A DNA stretch of 64,000 nucleotides from Mobula hypostoma (Eukaryota), in the NCBI RefSeq assembly GCF_963921235.1, contig NC_086097.1:434001-498000 (forward strand), written 5' to 3'. Each line of letters begins with the position of its first letter. Within the stretch, counting starts at the first letter, position 1. The notes beneath the pieces are model-generated. The model made no database searches and had not been told where the DNA came from. It saw only the letters and a list, made by a program, of their open reading frames with translations. Positions 62,052-64,000 of the stretch are shown in pieces. The translations under genes were made by a program, and so were the position numbers.

Positions 62052-64000
62052 CTCTAAGATTATCCACTTTGTTCATGATACATTTCTGACACACCTTTTC
62101 TATTTTCTGCTGTATCTTGTAATCCATATCCTTGCTGCTGTTTGGAGGCCTGTATAGAACTGCCATTAGGGTCCTTTTACCCTTGCCATTTCTTAACACA
62201 ACCCATGGAGACTCTACACTTTCTGATCCTATGTCATCCCTTTCTAATGATTTAACATTATTTGTTATACACAGGGCCACACAACCCCCTTTGCCTATTA
62301 ACCTATCTTTCCCAAACACTGTATATCTTTGGACGTTCAGCTCCTAATGGCAGCCATCCTTTAGCCAAGTTTCAGAGATGGCCACAATGTCATACTTGCC
62401 AATCTGTAGCTGAATTTCAAGATCATCCATTTTATCTTATGCTGCATGCATTCAAATATAACACTTTCAGTCCAGTATTTGTTGCTTTCGGTTGTAAATC
62501 ATCCCACTGGCTGTGATTATGCCCCATCTCCTGCCTGTCCTTTCTATCATCTCTGTTGCACGCTATCTTTGACTTATTTCTCTTTTCCCCTTCCTCAGCC
62601 CTATCACTCCAGTCCCCATCCCTCTGCCAAATTAGTTTAAACCCTCCTGAACTGCTCTATTAAACCTGCCTGCTGGGATATTGGACCCCTTTGGGTTCAG
62701 GTGTAACCCATTCCTTTTGTGCTGGTTGTACCTCCCCTGGAAGATGCCCCAGTGGTCCAGGAACCCGAAGCCCTGCCCCCTACACCAGTCTCTCAGCCAG
62801 GCATTAATATTCCTGATCATACTATTCTTGCGCTCGTTAGCAAGTGGCACAGGCAGCAATCCCAAGGTTACTACCCTGGTGGTCCTGCTTTTCAGCTTCC
62901 TACCCAACTCCCTGGTTAACTTACAGGTTGAGTTGGTGGTGAGAAAAGGCAAATACGATGTTAGCATTAATTTCAAGAAGACTAGAATACAAAATCAAGG
63001 ATATAATGTTGTGGCTTTATAAAGCACTTGTGTGGCCCCACTTGGAGTATTATGAGCAGTTTTGGACCCCTCATCTGAGAGAGGATGTGCTGGCATTGGA
63101 GGGGGTTTGAAGGGAGTTTCACGAAAATGATTCTGGTATTGAAAGGCTTATCATATGAGGAATGGTTGATAGCTCTGGACCTGTATTCACTGGAATTCAG
63201 AAGAATGAGGGGTAACATCATTGAAATCTATCAAATGTTGAATGGCCTCGATATAGTGAATGTGGTGAGAATGTTTCCTATGGTTGGGGGGGGGGTCTTA
63301 AGTCTGGAGGACACTGCCTCAGAATAGAGGGGCATCCTTTTAGAATGAAGATGAGGAGGAATTTCTTTAGCCAGAGAGTAGTTAATCTGTGGAACTCGTT
63401 GCCACAGGCAGCTGTGGAGACCAAGTCATTAGGTGTATTTAAGAATTCTTGATTGCTCAGGGCATGAAGGGATCTAGGGAGAAGGGAGGAGATTGGGGCT
63501 GAGGGGGAAAATGTAACAGCCATGATGAATTGGCAGAGCAGACTCGATGGGCCAAATACTGCTACTGTATCTTATGGTCTTATGAAATGGGTGAAATGCA
63601 GACAAATAGGACTGGCTCAGGAAGACACGATGGTTGGTGAGGAAAACTTGGGTTGAAGGGCCTGTGTCCATGCTGTATATTTCTGACATGGGCAAGAAAA
63701 TATCTGCAGATGCTGGAAATCCGAGCAACACACACAAAATACTGGACTTTGGCAGAACATGGGTTTGAATTCCAGTTGACAATCTGGAAATTTAAATTCA
63801 AGTAATTATCCTGAAATGAAAGGCTACTACTTATATAATAATCACAAAATAAACCTGTAAACCCTTCTGGTTCACTAATCTACAGAAAAGGAATTTTCAC
63901 TTCCTATTTCTGTGTACATGTCTCTCCAACCATGGTGTTTGACCCTTGTCCCAGATCAAGCCCGCCAATTTACGGACATTTCAGAAAGAAGATTGCTAGC

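Larger units (their letters stand above)
59048..63585. mobile_element. CR1 fragments (minus strand to about 62912, plus strand after) hosting a solo LTR and MITEs
   Basis: EN peptides at 60499-61194 and 61972-62319, esterase at 62632-62900, RT tail at 63085-63327. Confidence 0.85.

Noticed and set aside
63750..64000. Possible exon or promoter of the next gene
   Set aside because: No supported ORF or splice-site pair; looks like a decayed SINE remnant and is cut by the window edge.
1..64000. CRISPR arrays, rRNA, true tRNA genes, prokaryotic RT systems
   Set aside because: No regularly spaced repeats. The only tRNA-like sequence is a SINE head, and all RT fragments belong to eukaryotic retrotransposon clades.

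Overview
Vertebrate genomic DNA, most likely a cartilaginous fish (shark/ray; inferred from the repeat repertoire, not proven). The only host gene is the 3' end of POMT2 (protein O-mannosyltransferase 2) on the + strand. Four short GT-AG exons (4129-4234, 19773-19913, 21551-21662, 37150-37255) splice in phase to the conserved C-terminus ending ...[10 protein letters not shown]. The ORF track misses this gene because the exons are small. Nearly everything else is nested transposons: several CR1 LINE families, Rex1-type LINEs, one full-length L1-clade element, Penelope-like elements carrying minimal hammerhead ribozymes, a Tigger/pogo deletion derivative, nested hAT MITEs, three Gypsy-type solo LTRs, a miniaturised Gypsy element carrying an unexplained coiled-coil ORF, and a tRNA-derived SINE. 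Most notable observations: a head-to-head telomeric palindrome inserted in a Penelope element; intact hammerhead cores; two CR1 copies sharing the same disabling mutations; the chimeric mini-Gypsy; and no neuroglobin exons in the 27 kb downstream of POMT2. I found no convincing wholly new biological system. All family calls come from motif recognition by eye, and boundaries without a stated TSD are approximate.
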